A DNA stretch of 64,000 nucleotides from Candidatus Latescibacterota bacterium (lineage in GTDB: Bacteria; Latescibacterota; UBA2968). Positions 19,677 through 29,864 of the stretch are shown one piece after another. Numbering within the stretch: position 1 is the first letter of the stretch; every line of letters begins with the position of its first letter. The stretch spans positions 1,152,001-1,216,000 of the forward strand of contig OZ240241.1 of assembly GCA_965198115.1 (NCBI GenBank), written 5' to 3'. The position numbers and the translations under genes are program-made. Below the pieces are notes generated by a model. That model did not search any database and was not told the origin of the DNA. It saw only the letters and a program-made list of their open reading frames with translations.

Positions 19677-20234
19677 CTACGAGCTCCCGAGCAGCAACCC
19701 CAGACTGAACCGGAACGAACTGTCCGTCTGACTGTCGGCGATCACGAGCTTTAGCTCTCCGAACCATCCCAGTCCGCTGCTGAGCCGGCGTTGGAAACCG
19801 ATCGGCAAATTGAGGCTACCTTTGGTCGCGTTCGTGACCAATGCATTCCCCACGTCGGGTCTGAACAGATGGACGCCGATGCCAGCTCCAAAATACCCTA
19901 TGACGGTTTCGCCCCTGTAGAATCGGTATCGTGTATCCACATTGATGGAGTAGATCTTCAGGTTATCCTGAAGCACGGCATCGAACCCGGGGACGAGATC
20001 GAGATGATCGATGAAGAACTCGCCCAGATTCAGAACCCCCCCCACAGTCAGTCTTGCTGCATCGAAATTCGTGCCCGTACCCGAAATCGTGGCCGGCGCC
20101 GAAATGGCATCGGTCTGCGTCAGGTCGAGGCCGACGCTGACGCCCAGATGCCGGAACCCGAGGGCGTAGGTCGGGCCGTGAGTCAGCCCTAAAACGACTG
20201 ATACCGCGCAAACACACTGAACCCATTTTCGCAT
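19677..20234 (-). CDS. Outer-membrane beta-barrel protein
   Basis: Signal peptide; alternating amphipathic beta-strands (GYFGAGIG, FRFSLG). Confidence 0.7.
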   Translation of the reverse strand: MRKWVQCVCAVSVVLGLTHGPTYALGFRHLGVSVGLDLTQTDAISAPATISGTGTNFDAARLTVGGVLNLGEFFIDHLDLVPGFDAVLQDNLKIYSINVDTRYRFYRGETVIGYFGAGIGVHLFRPDVGNALVTNATKGSLNLPIGFQRRLSSGLGWFGELKLVIADSQTDSSFRFSLGLLLGSS

Positions 20235-20318
20235 GGTGTCTCCTTGTTTTACCCGGCCACATTTTGAGAATGGCCCGAGGGGAATATAGAAGATCGGTAT
20301 CTCGGGAACAACCGGACC

Positions 20319-21413
20319 TCACGGAGCATTGAAGAGAAACCGGATGACGTCCCCATCTTCCACGACGTAGTCTCGACCCTCGACCCTCAGTTTACCAGCT
20401 TCTCGTAGTGGCTCTACTCCCCCCGCCTCGATTAGGTCCACGCTCCGGGCCACTTCGGCGCGAATGAAACCCTCTTGCATGTCCGAGTGCACCCGTCCAG
20501 CCGCATCGGGTGCGGTCGAACCCCGTCGGAGCTGCCAGGCCTGGAGCAGGTTGTTCGCCGTCGTGTAGAACGTGAGCAAGCCGAGTAGGCTATACCCCGC
20601 GCTGATTAGACGATCGATGCCCGATTCGGTTGCGCCAAGATCATCTAGAAAGGCGGTCCGGTCTTCTGTCGAAAGTTCAGTCAGTTCGGCCTCGATCTGT
20701 GCCGAAATGACCAGAACGCGTTCGGCCCCGTAGCTTGCTGACAGGGACGCTGCCTCCTCACCACCGTCGGGCAAGTCCGACTCCGATACGTTCGCAATGT
20801 AGAGCACATCCTTCAGAGTCATCAGATGGTAAGGGCCGAGGGCTACACGGCCCTCATCGGTCAGATCCGCATCCACGGCCGGGTTCCCCGTCTCCAGCAC
20901 TTTTGAGACTGCCGTGAGCGCTTCTTCCTCTGCCTTTTCGGGCCCTCGTGGGTCTGCCCGCAGGACCTTTCGAACTCTATCGAGACCGGCTTCGACGATA
21001 TCGAGATCGGATAGGGCCAGTTCGGTAAGGACGGTCTCCGTATCTCGTAGGGCGTCGAGGCTGCCATCGACGTGGGCCACCTGTTCGTGCTCGAAGCAAC
21101 GGACGACGTGCAGGATGGCATCACATTCCGCGATGTGTTCCAAGAACTGGTTTCCCAAGCCCTCACCGTGACTCGCACCCTTCACCAGTCCGGCGATGTC
21201 TACGAATCGGATCTGAGTCGGCGTCACGCTCTCGGGCTGGATACAATCGGCGAGAGCGAGGAGTCTATGGTCGGGCACCTCCACGACGCCCACGTTGGGA
21301 TCGATCGTCGAGAACGGATACCTCGCGGCTTCAGCGTGGCTATTCGTGAGCGCGTTGAAGAGAGTCGACTTTCCCGAATTGGGAAGACCGACGATTCCGA
21401 TATTCAATGCCAT
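20319..21413 (-). CDS. ychF: Obg-family ATPase YchF
   Basis: GIVGLPNSGKSTLFNAL, YPFSTIDPN, DIAGLVKGASHGEGLGNQFL, TGS domain. Confidence 0.96.
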   Translation of the reverse strand: MALNIGIVGLPNSGKSTLFNALTNSHAEAARYPFSTIDPNVGVVEVPDHRLLALADCIQPESVTPTQIRFVDIAGLVKGASHGEGLGNQFLEHIAECDAILHVVRCFEHEQVAHVDGSLDALRDTETVLTELALSDLDIVEAGLDRVRKVLRADPRGPEKAEEEALTAVSKVLETGNPAVDADLTDEGRVALGPYHLMTLKDVLYIANVSESDLPDGGEEAASLSASYGAERVLVISAQIEAELTELSTEDRTAFLDDLGATESGIDRLISAGYSLLGLLTFYTTANNLLQAWQLRRGSTAPDAAGRVHSDMQEGFIRAEVARSVDLIEAGGVEPLREAGKLRVEGRDYVVEDGDVIRFLFNAP

Positions 21414-21482
21414 GCGGACTGTACGTGACGGAGCCGGCGGCACACGTGCCCCCGGCTCTTACCGTCTATTATTCTGTGAAAT

Positions 21483-21749
21483 TTACCGGCCGCCGCTGAT
21501 GGCGGTCACGAAGTGAACTTCGTCCTCCGGGCCGATCCGCTGACGCAAGCCCTCGTTTGTGACTTCGCCGTTGACCGACACGGCCAGCCCGGGTCGGATT
21601 CTGTCCTCATCGATCACGCGGGACTTGATGCCGGGGAACACAGATTCGAGCTCATCTATCACCGCCCGCAACGTCTCTCCTCCGACAGTGACCTGCTCCT
21701 GTCCTCCCGTTAACGAACGCATCAGCGATGGAATCCAGACGACGGGCAT
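21483..21749 (-). CDS. MoaD/ThiS-family ubiquitin-like protein
   Basis: Beta-grasp size, VSVNG, ends AISGGR. Confidence 0.85.
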   Translation of the reverse strand: MPVVWIPSLMRSLTGGQEQVTVGGETLRAVIDELESVFPGIKSRVIDEDRIRPGLAVSVNGEVTNEGLRQRIGPEDEVHFVTAISGGR

Positions 21750-21752
21750 CGA

Positions 21753-24047
21753 TCAGCCCTTGCCGTTGCTCCCGTTCGCCCAGAGCGCCTCGAGAACCCT
21801 GGCCGGGGACATGGGAAGCACTTCCATCCGCTTACCGATCGCGTCGTAGACCGCGTTGGCGACCGCGGCCGGTGGCGGCACGATCGGGACCTCGCCGACG
21901 CCCCGAACGCCGTACGGATGACCCGGATTCGGCACTTCGACGATTTCGGTCTCCAGCAACGGAAGATCGAGGGTCGTCGGCATGCGATAATCGAGCAGGC
22001 TACCGTTCGCCAGACGGCCATCGGCGTTGTAGAAATACTCCTCGTTGATTGCCCATCCGATGCCCTGAGCCACACCACCCTGCATCTGGCCCTCGACGTA
22101 GCTCGGATGGATTGCCTTTCCGGCATCCTGGCAGAGCGTGGAGCGAAGGATCTCGATCTTGCCCGTTTCGGGATCGATTTCCACATCGACGATCATCGTC
22201 GCAAAAGCCCCACCCACGCCCGCTGGATCCACGGCCGCTCGACCGACGACGGGTCCACCCGTATCATCGAGCTTGCCGGCAAGCTCCTTGAATGTCATCG
22301 TTTTGGAAGGATCTGACTTGGAGGCGTAGACCCCCTCCTCGCACGTGACGTCCTCTTCTGAGATTTCCCACAGCTTCGCAGCCCGCCCAACCATTTGATT
22401 CTGAATGTCGTGGGCGGCCTCGTACGCGGCCCACCCAGTCGCGAAGGTCGTTCGACTGCCACCCGTCACGTCCGTGTAACCGACCGAGTCGGTATCGACG
22501 ACCGACGGCTTGACATCCTCTGCAGGGATCCCGAGCACCTCGGCCAGTTGCATGGCGATGCTCGTGCGAGTCCCGCCAATATCTGTCGAACCCTCGACGA
22601 GACTCACTGTTCCGTCGGTGTTAACGCTAGCCGACGCGCTGGACTTGAGACCAACGTTGAACCAGAACCCTGACGCAACGCCTCGTCCTCGGTTCGGCCC
22701 CTCGATAGTGCTTTTGTAGTGAGGGTGATTGATCGCGGCCTTGAGGCATTCCTCGTGTCCGATGCGTTGATTGATGGGGCCATCCGCCCGTCGTGTGCCC
22801 TCTTTGGCAGAGTTCGCCAGGCGGAATTCCAGTGGATCGGTACCCAGCTTCTCGCAGATCTCGTCGATGACGGTCTCCGAGGCGAAGGCGGCATTCGTCG
22901 CTCCCGGTGCCCGGTAGGCCATCGTCTGTGGTTTGTTGACGAGCACTTCGTATCCGTCGATCGTCACGTTTTCGATGTCGTAGGGCGTGAACATGCACAT
23001 CGACCCGGGGCCAGCCCAACTACCGGGAAAGCCGCCTGACTCGTAGGCCAGATAAGCCTCTGCTGCGACCAGCTTCCCATCGCTGGTTGCCCCCATTTTG
23101 CATCGTATGTAGGAACCAGCCGTGGGTCCCGTGGCCTGGAGTACTTCCTCACGATTCATCACCATCTGGACGGGATGCCCCGTCTGCTTGGACAATACCG
23201 CGGCCAGAGGTTCCAGATAGACCCGGATTTTCCCCCCGAATCCCCCGCCGATCTCGGTCGGAACGACCTTGACTCGAGAGACAGGCAGATCGAGCAGCTG
23301 CGCAAGCTGTTCCCTCACGGTGAACGAGCCTTGCGTACTACACCAGCAGGTCACGTTACCATCGGCATTCCAGTGACCGGTCGCGTTGTGTGTCTCTATG
23401 TAGCCCTGGTGCACCGTCGCCGTATCGAACTCTCGTTCGATGACGATATCGGCCCCTTCGAAGGCCGCTTCCGCATCACCCAGCTTGTGCTGGAAATGGG
23501 TCGAGACATTGCTCAGGGTGCCTGTATCCTCGCCTAGCGAATTAGTCGTTTGGTCTTCGATCAGTAGAGGTGCGCCGTCCTCCATCGCCTTGCGGACATC
23601 GAGAACGGGTTCGAGCTCTTCGTAGTCGACCTCGATCAGATTGACGGCCTCCTCGGCAGCATTGACTGTCGTGGCGGCGACGGCGGCGACGGCGTGGCCG
23701 TGGTAGAGAACCTTCCCGTCTGCGAGAACGTTGGCTCTGAGGTGAATCAGGTTGGCTGCCCCTTCGCCCAACTCTTTGATCTTGTTTTCCTGCAGGGGTA
23801 GGTCATCGACCGAGATGATCGCTTTGACACCCGGATGGGCAGCCGCCTTGCTCGTGTCGATGGACTTGATTCGCGCGTGGGCGTGCGGGCTTCGCAGTAC
23901 CTTGCCGAAGAGCAGCCCTGACATTCGAACATCGGCACCATAAATCGCCCGCCCCGTAACCTTATCTGCGCCATCGTGGCGAATCGGACGGGTTCCCACG
24001 ACTTTGTAATCGGTCTTTCCAAGATAGTCTTCGGTCTTTGCGGCCAT
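21753..24047 (-). CDS. Xanthine dehydrogenase family molybdopterin-binding large subunit
   Basis: KVTGRAIYGAD, RSPHAHA, GGGFGGK, AYRAPG, EGQMQGG, GVGE. Confidence 0.93.
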   Translation of the reverse strand: MAAKTEDYLGKTDYKVVGTRPIRHDGADKVTGRAIYGADVRMSGLLFGKVLRSPHAHARIKSIDTSKAAAHPGVKAIISVDDLPLQENKIKELGEGAANLIHLRANVLADGKVLYHGHAVAAVAATTVNAAEEAVNLIEVDYEELEPVLDVRKAMEDGAPLLIEDQTTNSLGEDTGTLSNVSTHFQHKLGDAEAAFEGADIVIEREFDTATVHQGYIETHNATGHWNADGNVTCWCSTQGSFTVREQLAQLLDLPVSRVKVVPTEIGGGFGGKIRVYLEPLAAVLSKQTGHPVQMVMNREEVLQATGPTAGSYIRCKMGATSDGKLVAAEAYLAYESGGFPGSWAGPGSMCMFTPYDIENVTIDGYEVLVNKPQTMAYRAPGATNAAFASETVIDEICEKLGTDPLEFRLANSAKEGTRRADGPINQRIGHEECLKAAINHPHYKSTIEGPNRGRGVASGFWFNVGLKSSASASVNTDGTVSLVEGSTDIGGTRTSIAMQLAEVLGIPAEDVKPSVVDTDSVGYTDVTGGSRTTFATGWAAYEAAHDIQNQMVGRAAKLWEISEEDVTCEEGVYASKSDPSKTMTFKELAGKLDDTGGPVVGRAAVDPAGVGGAFATMIVDVEIDPETGKIEILRSTLCQDAGKAIHPSYVEGQMQGGVAQGIGWAINEEYFYNADGRLANGSLLDYRMPTTLDLPLLETEIVEVPNPGHPYGVRGVGEVPIVPPPAAVANAVYDAIGKRMEVLPMSPARVLEALWANGSNGKG

Positions 24048-24526
24048 TACGCCTTCTCCATCGTCTCCGCGGCATCCATGACGGCACGAATGATCTTATC
24101 GTACCCGGTGCAGCGACACAGGTTTCCAGCCAACCACAAGCGGATGCGTTCTTCGGACGGGTTCGGCTCTTTGTCGAGCAGCGCCTTGGCTGCAACGATG
24201 AAGCCCGGGGTACAGATCCCACATTGGAGCGCAGCGTGTTCGAGGAACTTCTGCTGCAGGGGATGCAGACCATCGGGTGTGGCGACCCCCTCGATCGTCT
24301 GGATGTCTGCACCCTCGGTTTCGACGGCCAGCACGAGGCAGGAATCCACGACCCGACCGTCCAAGATGACGCTGCACGCTCCGCAGTTTCCGTTCCCACA
24401 ACCCTCTTTTGACCCGGTTAGCAACAGGTCGTCCCGCAGCACATCGAGCAGTGTGTTCCTCGGCTCGCAAAGAAACTGCGTCTCCTCGCCGTTTATCGTC
24501 GTTGTGACGTGCGTTTTGCGCGCCAT
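24047..24526 (-). CDS. Xanthine dehydrogenase family 2Fe-2S subunit
   Basis: GCGNGNCGAC...C, QCGICTPG, NLCRCTGY. Confidence 0.95.
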   Translation of the reverse strand: MARKTHVTTTINGEETQFLCEPRNTLLDVLRDDLLLTGSKEGCGNGNCGACSVILDGRVVDSCLVLAVETEGADIQTIEGVATPDGLHPLQQKFLEHAALQCGICTPGFIVAAKALLDKEPNPSEERIRLWLAGNLCRCTGYDKIIRAVMDAAETMEKA

Positions 24527-24529
24527 GGA

Positions 24530-25402
24530 TCAGGACTCCTTTGCTCTCTGGACGGCGCCGTGGAGGGCGCGCTTGCTCAAGACACCCGACAGGTGGATAC
24601 GTTGCTCCACCGTGCCGCGCATGTCGGTAATGGGGTTGGCCTGCTTCTTGGCCAGGTCGGCAGCCTCCTCGATGATCTCGTCGGACACTTCCTGGCCGGC
24701 GAGCAGCGTCCCGGCCTCCTCGATGAAGAGAGGCGTCGGGGCCACCGCACCCACAGCCAGACGGCCGGACTCGAAGTGTGTCTTTGCGTCGTTCAAGACC
24801 ACGTAGGCTCCCGCGTTGGCCACAGCGATATCCATCTCGTTCCGGGGGATGAAACGCAGGAAAAACCCCCCTGAGTTGGGTGCCGGCGCGGGAAAGTGAA
24901 TGGACAACACGAACTCACCGTTTTGCAGCACGTTCTGTCCCGGTCCCGTGCAGAAAGCTTCGACGGCAACCTCTCGCTCTCCGTTCGGGCCCACGATTCT
25001 AGCCACGCCCCCCAAGGCGATCATGACGGGAATCGTATCGGCGGCGGGAGACGAGTTGCACAAATTGCCCGTCATCGTTGCCCGATTCTGTATTTGAATC
25101 GAACCGATCAGGGTCGTGGCGTCCATCAGACCGGGGTAGGCGGCGGCAATGTTTTCTGTCTCGTAGGTTTCGCAGCACGGGACCGCGGCCCCCACGTCGA
25201 GCCCATTACCGGGGTCGTAGGACAAGGTCTTTGCTTCCGGGATTTTCTTCACATCCACCAAGACCTTGACGCGACGGTTCTCTTTGAGCTGGGCGATGAT
25301 GTCCGTGCCCCCCGCCAGAATGCGGGCATCGTCACCATTCTCCGCCAGGATCGAAACCACCTCGTCCACCGTGGTGGGCGTCGCGTATTCGAAGTCGTAC
25401 AA
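24530..25402 (-). CDS. Xanthine dehydrogenase family FAD-binding subunit
   Basis: LAGGTD, IQNRATMTGNLCNSSPAAD. Confidence 0.93.
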   Translation of the reverse strand: MYDFEYATPTTVDEVVSILAENGDDARILAGGTDIIAQLKENRRVKVLVDVKKIPEAKTLSYDPGNGLDVGAAVPCCETYETENIAAAYPGLMDATTLIGSIQIQNRATMTGNLCNSSPAADTIPVMIALGGVARIVGPNGEREVAVEAFCTGPGQNVLQNGEFVLSIHFPAPAPNSGGFFLRFIPRNEMDIAVANAGAYVVLNDAKTHFESGRLAVGAVAPTPLFIEEAGTLLAGQEVSDEIIEEAADLAKKQANPITDMRGTVEQRIHLSGVLSKRALHGAVQRAKES

Positions 25403-25507
25403 GTCTGATCCTCCTCTGACTTATGTGGGGATAAACTCTGATCCGTGAAGGGTCACGTCGTCATTTTCCGGGACCGCCGCTAACGATATGGCGCACCCAC
25501 ACGGGTG

Positions 25508-26551
25508 TCAAGCACCGCGGCGATTGCCTCGATTGGAGGCTACGAGGACGCTGTATCCTCCCTCCGTGCAGGTGGTTTCGACGTGGGCGAAATTCTGTTC
25601 GAGCAGTTTGCGGTAGGGATCGGCCCGCATGACGACGAGCCACAGACGTCCTCCCGACCGGAGATGAGACCGAGCCCCGACGACGAGCGGGTGGGCGAAA
25701 GCGTGCCCGGCGTGGAACGGAGGATTCGTGACGATCGAGTCGAAGGAACGACCTGCCACGCCGTCATAGAGATCGGCGGTGTGCACCTCTACACTTACGC
25801 CAGCACGGTCGACGTTCTCTTCCGCGCAACGTGTGGCTCGGACATCGACGTCCGACATTGTGACAGACGCCCCGCGCCGGGCCAGAAAGATGCCGAGCGG
25901 CCCGTAACCACACCCGATGTCGAGCACGGCCTGGTTCCGGCCGACGCACGTCGTCTCCAACAGAAGCCTCGATCCAGGATCCAAATGGTCTTTGGAAAAC
26001 ACGCCCGCACGAGTGACGAACGCAAGCGTTTCAGCCTCGATAGAGATATCGACCAATTGGGTCGTCTCGACCGGAGGCACGCCGGGGTGATCTGTCTTTT
26101 GGGTCACGTAGACCCGCCGTCGACCGATCTGCCGCAGCTTCTCCACGCGACCAAACACCGCCTCCATTCGTTGTTTGTAGCTTTCTACCCCTCGGTGGCG
26201 CTCTCCCCCGACGTAGAACACTCCGCCCACGCGTAGATTCGCGTGAACCCCGTCGATCCATTCGAACACGCGCGATTTGGTTTCTGCGGGGGCTGGTGCA
26301 TACACGGCAGCATCGAAGGGATCGACTCGGAGGTCATCCAGCGAGTCGACTGCGTCGGCGAAATCAACTGCAGACGAGAGTTGACGTGCTCCGGTTACAA
26401 GTTGGACGTTGCTCGACACGTAATGCACGTGTGAACGGTCTAGGTCGACTGGGAGACGTGTTGGAGGTCCCCCATCGCCGAGATCCAGAATCCGACAACA
26501 TCCGGATAGGTCCGCGGGGTTGAGCCATCGAATGAGTTTGGTTCGAGACAC
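25508..26551 (-). CDS. RsmC/RlmG-like class I SAM methyltransferase (two-domain)
   Basis: GVFSKDHLDPGSRLL, LDIGCGYG, NPPFH. Confidence 0.8.
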   Translation of the reverse strand: MSRTKLIRWLNPADLSGCCRILDLGDGGPPTRLPVDLDRSHVHYVSSNVQLVTGARQLSSAVDFADAVDSLDDLRVDPFDAAVYAPAPAETKSRVFEWIDGVHANLRVGGVFYVGGERHRGVESYKQRMEAVFGRVEKLRQIGRRRVYVTQKTDHPGVPPVETTQLVDISIEAETLAFVTRAGVFSKDHLDPGSRLLLETTCVGRNQAVLDIGCGYGPLGIFLARRGASVTMSDVDVRATRCAEENVDRAGVSVEVHTADLYDGVAGRSFDSIVTNPPFHAGHAFAHPLVVGARSHLRSGGRLWLVVMRADPYRKLLEQNFAHVETTCTEGGYSVLVASNRGNRRGA

Positions 26552-26689
26552 GCTTGGAGGGATGTCGGCTAAGAGGACGTCTGCTGCTTCAGCGGGGCTT
26601 TTTTGAGGACTTGACCCCCGAGTGAATCACTTCTGACAAGGCGACTCAGCGGGATTGCGGCGGCCCTGAGGGCGTGACCGAGTTGCTCT

Positions 26690-27133
26690 TTAGCCAGATG
26701 CCTTCCTTTTGAGCGTTTCGTAGGAATTCTCATCCGTGACGTCGGTCTCGACGTCGAAGCCTTCATCTTGCCACCCTGGAATGACTTCGCCCGTAGCGGG
26801 GTCCTGCAGCCCCCCAAAACCGCCGGGCATGTTGGCAAGGTTGGTGTAGCCCGCCTGCTCGAGCAGGTTCGCAGCCATCTGGGAGCGTCCCCCGACCTGA
26901 CAGCCACAGACAATTGACCGATCCTTCGAAAGTACGTGGCTTGCGACGCCGAGAAACTCCGGATTGGGCACCATCTGGCCGCCAGGGCCTGGCAACGCCA
27001 CCGGAATGTTGATCGCGCCGGGTGGGTGACCGGCAGCGAACTCCGACTCGGTCCTCACATCCAGGTATACGGCGTCAGGGTGGTCGTCTAGGAACTGTTT
27101 GGCCTCGGGAGGAGGCAACTGGTCAACAGACAT
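26690..27133 (-). CDS. Rhodanese-like domain protein
   Basis: LDVRTESEFAAGHPPGAINIP, CQVGGRS active loop. Confidence 0.9.
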   Translation of the reverse strand: MSVDQLPPPEAKQFLDDHPDAVYLDVRTESEFAAGHPPGAINIPVALPGPGGQMVPNPEFLGVASHVLSKDRSIVCGCQVGGRSQMAANLLEQAGYTNLANMPGGFGGLQDPATGEVIPGWQDEGFDVETDVTDENSYETLKRKASG

Positions 27134-27136
27134 CTC

Positions 27137-27850
27137 TCAACCCTCTTTTTCGTTCGAATCGTTCAAATAGCCTTTGAACAGCGGCCGCAGATCGTCGAGA
27201 TGGTCTTCGATTACGAATGGGAGCGTCTGCGCGAAGAAATCGAGGACGACGATCGCGTTCACCGCCGCGTCCTGCGTGATCGCCTCTCGCACACGCTGCG
27301 CCATCGCCCGATTGAGCTCCTGAATCTTGTCGTAGATGGCCCGCAGACCATCCAGACCTGAATCGATCGGTGCCCCAGCGCGTGTCGTGAAATACTGCGA
27401 AAGCAGATACATCGACGCGGCGCGATAGACGGTCTCTCCTTCGGTCGATAGAGGGAGATGAAACCGCGCCATCGGTTTGAAATAGACGGTATGCGGACAT
27501 CCACTCGGCGCCATGATCAGTCCAAGGAGTGAACTCAGACCCTGTTGAGCCGTCGTTTCGGCCGAGACGGTTCGTTCCTCAGTGTGGACCTCGATGTCGA
27601 CGGTTTCGTAGGAGAGGATGTTCTCGAACCGGGAAACGACTCGGGCGATGCTCGCAGCCAACGGGCACAAAGGATGTTCCGATTCCTCGAGCGGACAGTG
27701 AGGACACTTGTGAAAATCGAGCCGGGCCCAATCGGGAGGTTCACTTTCATCGGGCCTGACTTCGAGGGTCTCCGTATCAATCGAGACTTCAAAGACCGCG
27801 TCCTTTCCATCGGGAAACACGAATCGGTATGTGATTTAAAATTCGGACAC
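27137..27850 (-). CDS. Cys-rich conserved protein (DUF6901-like); in-frame TAA at codon 5
   Basis: CPHCPL...CPLA, SGCP, PMARFHLP; GTG TCC GAA TTT TAA ATC ACA TAC, likely TTT AAA. Confidence 0.65.
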
Positions 27851-27879
27851 GGTGCGTCTGCTTTCTGGAGGAGATTCGG

Positions 27880-28515
27880 CTAGCGCTCCAATAATTCTGG
27901 GTGTTTCTCTTCCAAGATATCCATGAGATCGCCCGCGATTTTGGCGCCCGCCAGCGATTTAACCGAAGTCAGTTGGCGAAGCGAGAGATGGTTGACCATC
28001 AACAGGTCAACTCCCTGAAGCTGGGCATTCTTCAGGTCGGCATCGGTCAAGTCGGCCTCGTAGAAATTAGCCTGGCGGAAAGTAGCCTCGGACGCGTTCG
28101 CTCGCGAAAGATCGGCATTTTCGAGGTTGGTACCCGACAGATTGGCCTTTTCAAAAACACCATCGAACAGGTAGGCACCGCTCAGATCCGCGCTCATCAT
28201 CACGGCGTGAGAGAAATCGGACTCCACGAGGTAGGCCCGTGACATCGTGCAGGCGTCGAACCGAGACGCTCGGAAAGTAGCACGGCTCATGTTCGCGTTC
28301 GAGAGGTTAGCACCACTCAAGTCAGTGTATTCGCAACGCACCTCGCTCATGTCAGCCCAGGAGAGGTTCGCGTACTTGAGGTTCGCGCCGGAAATATTTT
28401 TGGACCCGAGGTCGGCAACGCTGAGATCTGGCTTCGTACCCGGGTTTTCGTCGCGCCACGAGTTCCAATCCTCGGTGCCGGAGACAAGCAAATCCAGCTG
28501 CGTCTTATCGGCCAT
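27880..28515 (-). CDS. Pentapeptide-repeat protein
   Basis: WNSWR...PDL, then tandem A(D/N)Lxx repeats. Confidence 0.92.
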   Translation of the reverse strand: MADKTQLDLLVSGTEDWNSWRDENPGTKPDLSVADLGSKNISGANLKYANLSWADMSEVRCEYTDLSGANLSNANMSRATFRASRFDACTMSRAYLVESDFSHAVMMSADLSGAYLFDGVFEKANLSGTNLENADLSRANASEATFRQANFYEADLTDADLKNAQLQGVDLLMVNHLSLRQLTSVKSLAGAKIAGDLMDILEEKHPELLER

Positions 28516-28896
28516 ACCGTTGCGCCAGCGTATGTTGCATGTTGCGGTTGTCCCCCATAACAGTCACGGCCCCCGAAAGACTCGGGAGCCGGCTGAACAT
28601 CAAACGTGATGGTGCCTCGGAGCGGGTTGGACCGCCCAACGAACGGACTCGAGTTCCATTCACATCGACTCTCTTCTGAGAAACAACAGCTCGGGCCCCG
28701 ACAGCCTTCGATGCGCAATCTAAGACTTTTAAAGAGCGCAATCAACTGACACGATCCAAATCGATATCGCCGTGGAGAGAACATCACACTCAACAGAAGT
28801 CGACTCATCCCCACACGAATCCATCGATTCGCCATCAGGCCAAAACGTATGTGATCGTGAAACTGCATAGTTTCGGTGTGGTGTACTGTCGAAATG

Positions 28897-28972
28897 TGGT
28901 GCCCCTGGCAGGAATCGAACCTGCGACCAACGGATTAGGAATCCGCTACTCTATCCTCTGAGCTACAGGGGC
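28897..28972 (-). tRNA. tRNA-Arg(CCT)
   Basis: GCCCCTGTAGCTCAGAGGATAGAGTAGCGGATTCCTAATCCGTTGGTCGCAGGTTCGATTCCTGCCAGGGGCACCA. Confidence 0.97.
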
Positions 28973-29038
28973 TCACGATGTGCAGAGAATATATAGGGGG
29001 TCCTGTTGCCAGGTCAAGCCAGCGCGCAAACCACGGCC

Positions 29039-29554
29039 TCAATAGCACATCACTGAGAAGATTTCGTGGGTCCCGAGTTTATCGCGTCCATTCAGGAAAC
29101 TCAGCTCTATCAAGAAGGCGATCCCGACGATCCTTGCTGCCCTCGCTTCGACCAATTTGCAGGCAGCAGCCATGGTCCCCCCCGTCGCAAGGAGGTCGTC
29201 CACGAGCAGCACTCGTTCGCCTGCTTCGAGTGCATCTTCGTGCATCTCGATCGTATCCCGTCCGTATTCGAGTTCATACGAAATGCTGATGGTCTTGGCA
29301 GGTAACTTGCCGGGCTTACGGATGGGCACGAATCCAGCGCCCAGCGACCGGGCTATGGCTGCTCCGAAAATGAACCCCCGTGACTCGATGCCAACCACCT
29401 TTGACACATCGTTCGTGAGGTAGGGCTCGGTCATCGTGGAGAGCGCCTGGTCGAGCGCGCTCGGATCCAACAGTAAGGTGGTGATGTCCTTGAACACGAT
29501 ACCTGGTTTGGGGAAATCAGGGATGTCTCTGATGTACGTAGCCAGGTCTGCCAC
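29039..29554 (-). CDS. apt: Adenine phosphoribosyltransferase
   Basis: [35 protein letters not shown]. Confidence 0.97.
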   Translation of the reverse strand: MADLATYIRDIPDFPKPGIVFKDITTLLLDPSALDQALSTMTEPYLTNDVSKVVGIESRGFIFGAAIARSLGAGFVPIRKPGKLPAKTISISYELEYGRDTIEMHEDALEAGERVLLVDDLLATGGTMAAACKLVEARAARIVGIAFLIELSFLNGRDKLGTHEIFSVMCY

Positions 29555-29579
29555 TCACCCTCCCGTGATGCGATCTCCA

Positions 29580-29864
29580 CTACGATGCGATGACGAAACT
29601 TTCCTCCGAGCCCACAGTCGTGGGTCTCGGTTCGATCGACACGTCCGTCACCTGTGCCCCAGGCGGACCCTTCCTTACAGCGCCTGCAAGCTGGTCCAGA
29701 TGCGCCGGCTCCCCCTCCGCCTCCAGCTCGACATCCCCGTCAACCCGATTTCTGACGAAACCTATCAGTCCCAGTTGAACCGCAGCAGCTCTGGTGAAGT
29801 AGCGGAACCCGACACCCTGAACCCGTCCTCTCACCCTGAAGTAGCGTCTTTCGTGGCCACTCAC
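29580..29864 (-). CDS. acyP: Acylphosphatase
   Basis: GRVQGVGFR, GFVRN, GPPGA; GTG start overlaps the upstream stop. Confidence 0.93.
   Translation of the reverse strand: MSGHERRYFRVRGRVQGVGFRYFTRAAAVQLGLIGFVRNRVDGDVELEAEGEPAHLDQLAGAVRKGPPGAQVTDVSIEPRPTTVGSEESFVIAS

Noticed and set aside
21753-25402. Aerobic CO dehydrogenase coxMSL
   Set aside because: Lacks the AYxCSFR and AYxGAGR loops and has no coxDEFG
28520-28890. Gene or ncRNA between the pentapeptide gene and tRNA-Arg
   Set aside because: The ORF 28347-28868 has no recognisable motif and overlaps a real gene; no convincing structure seen
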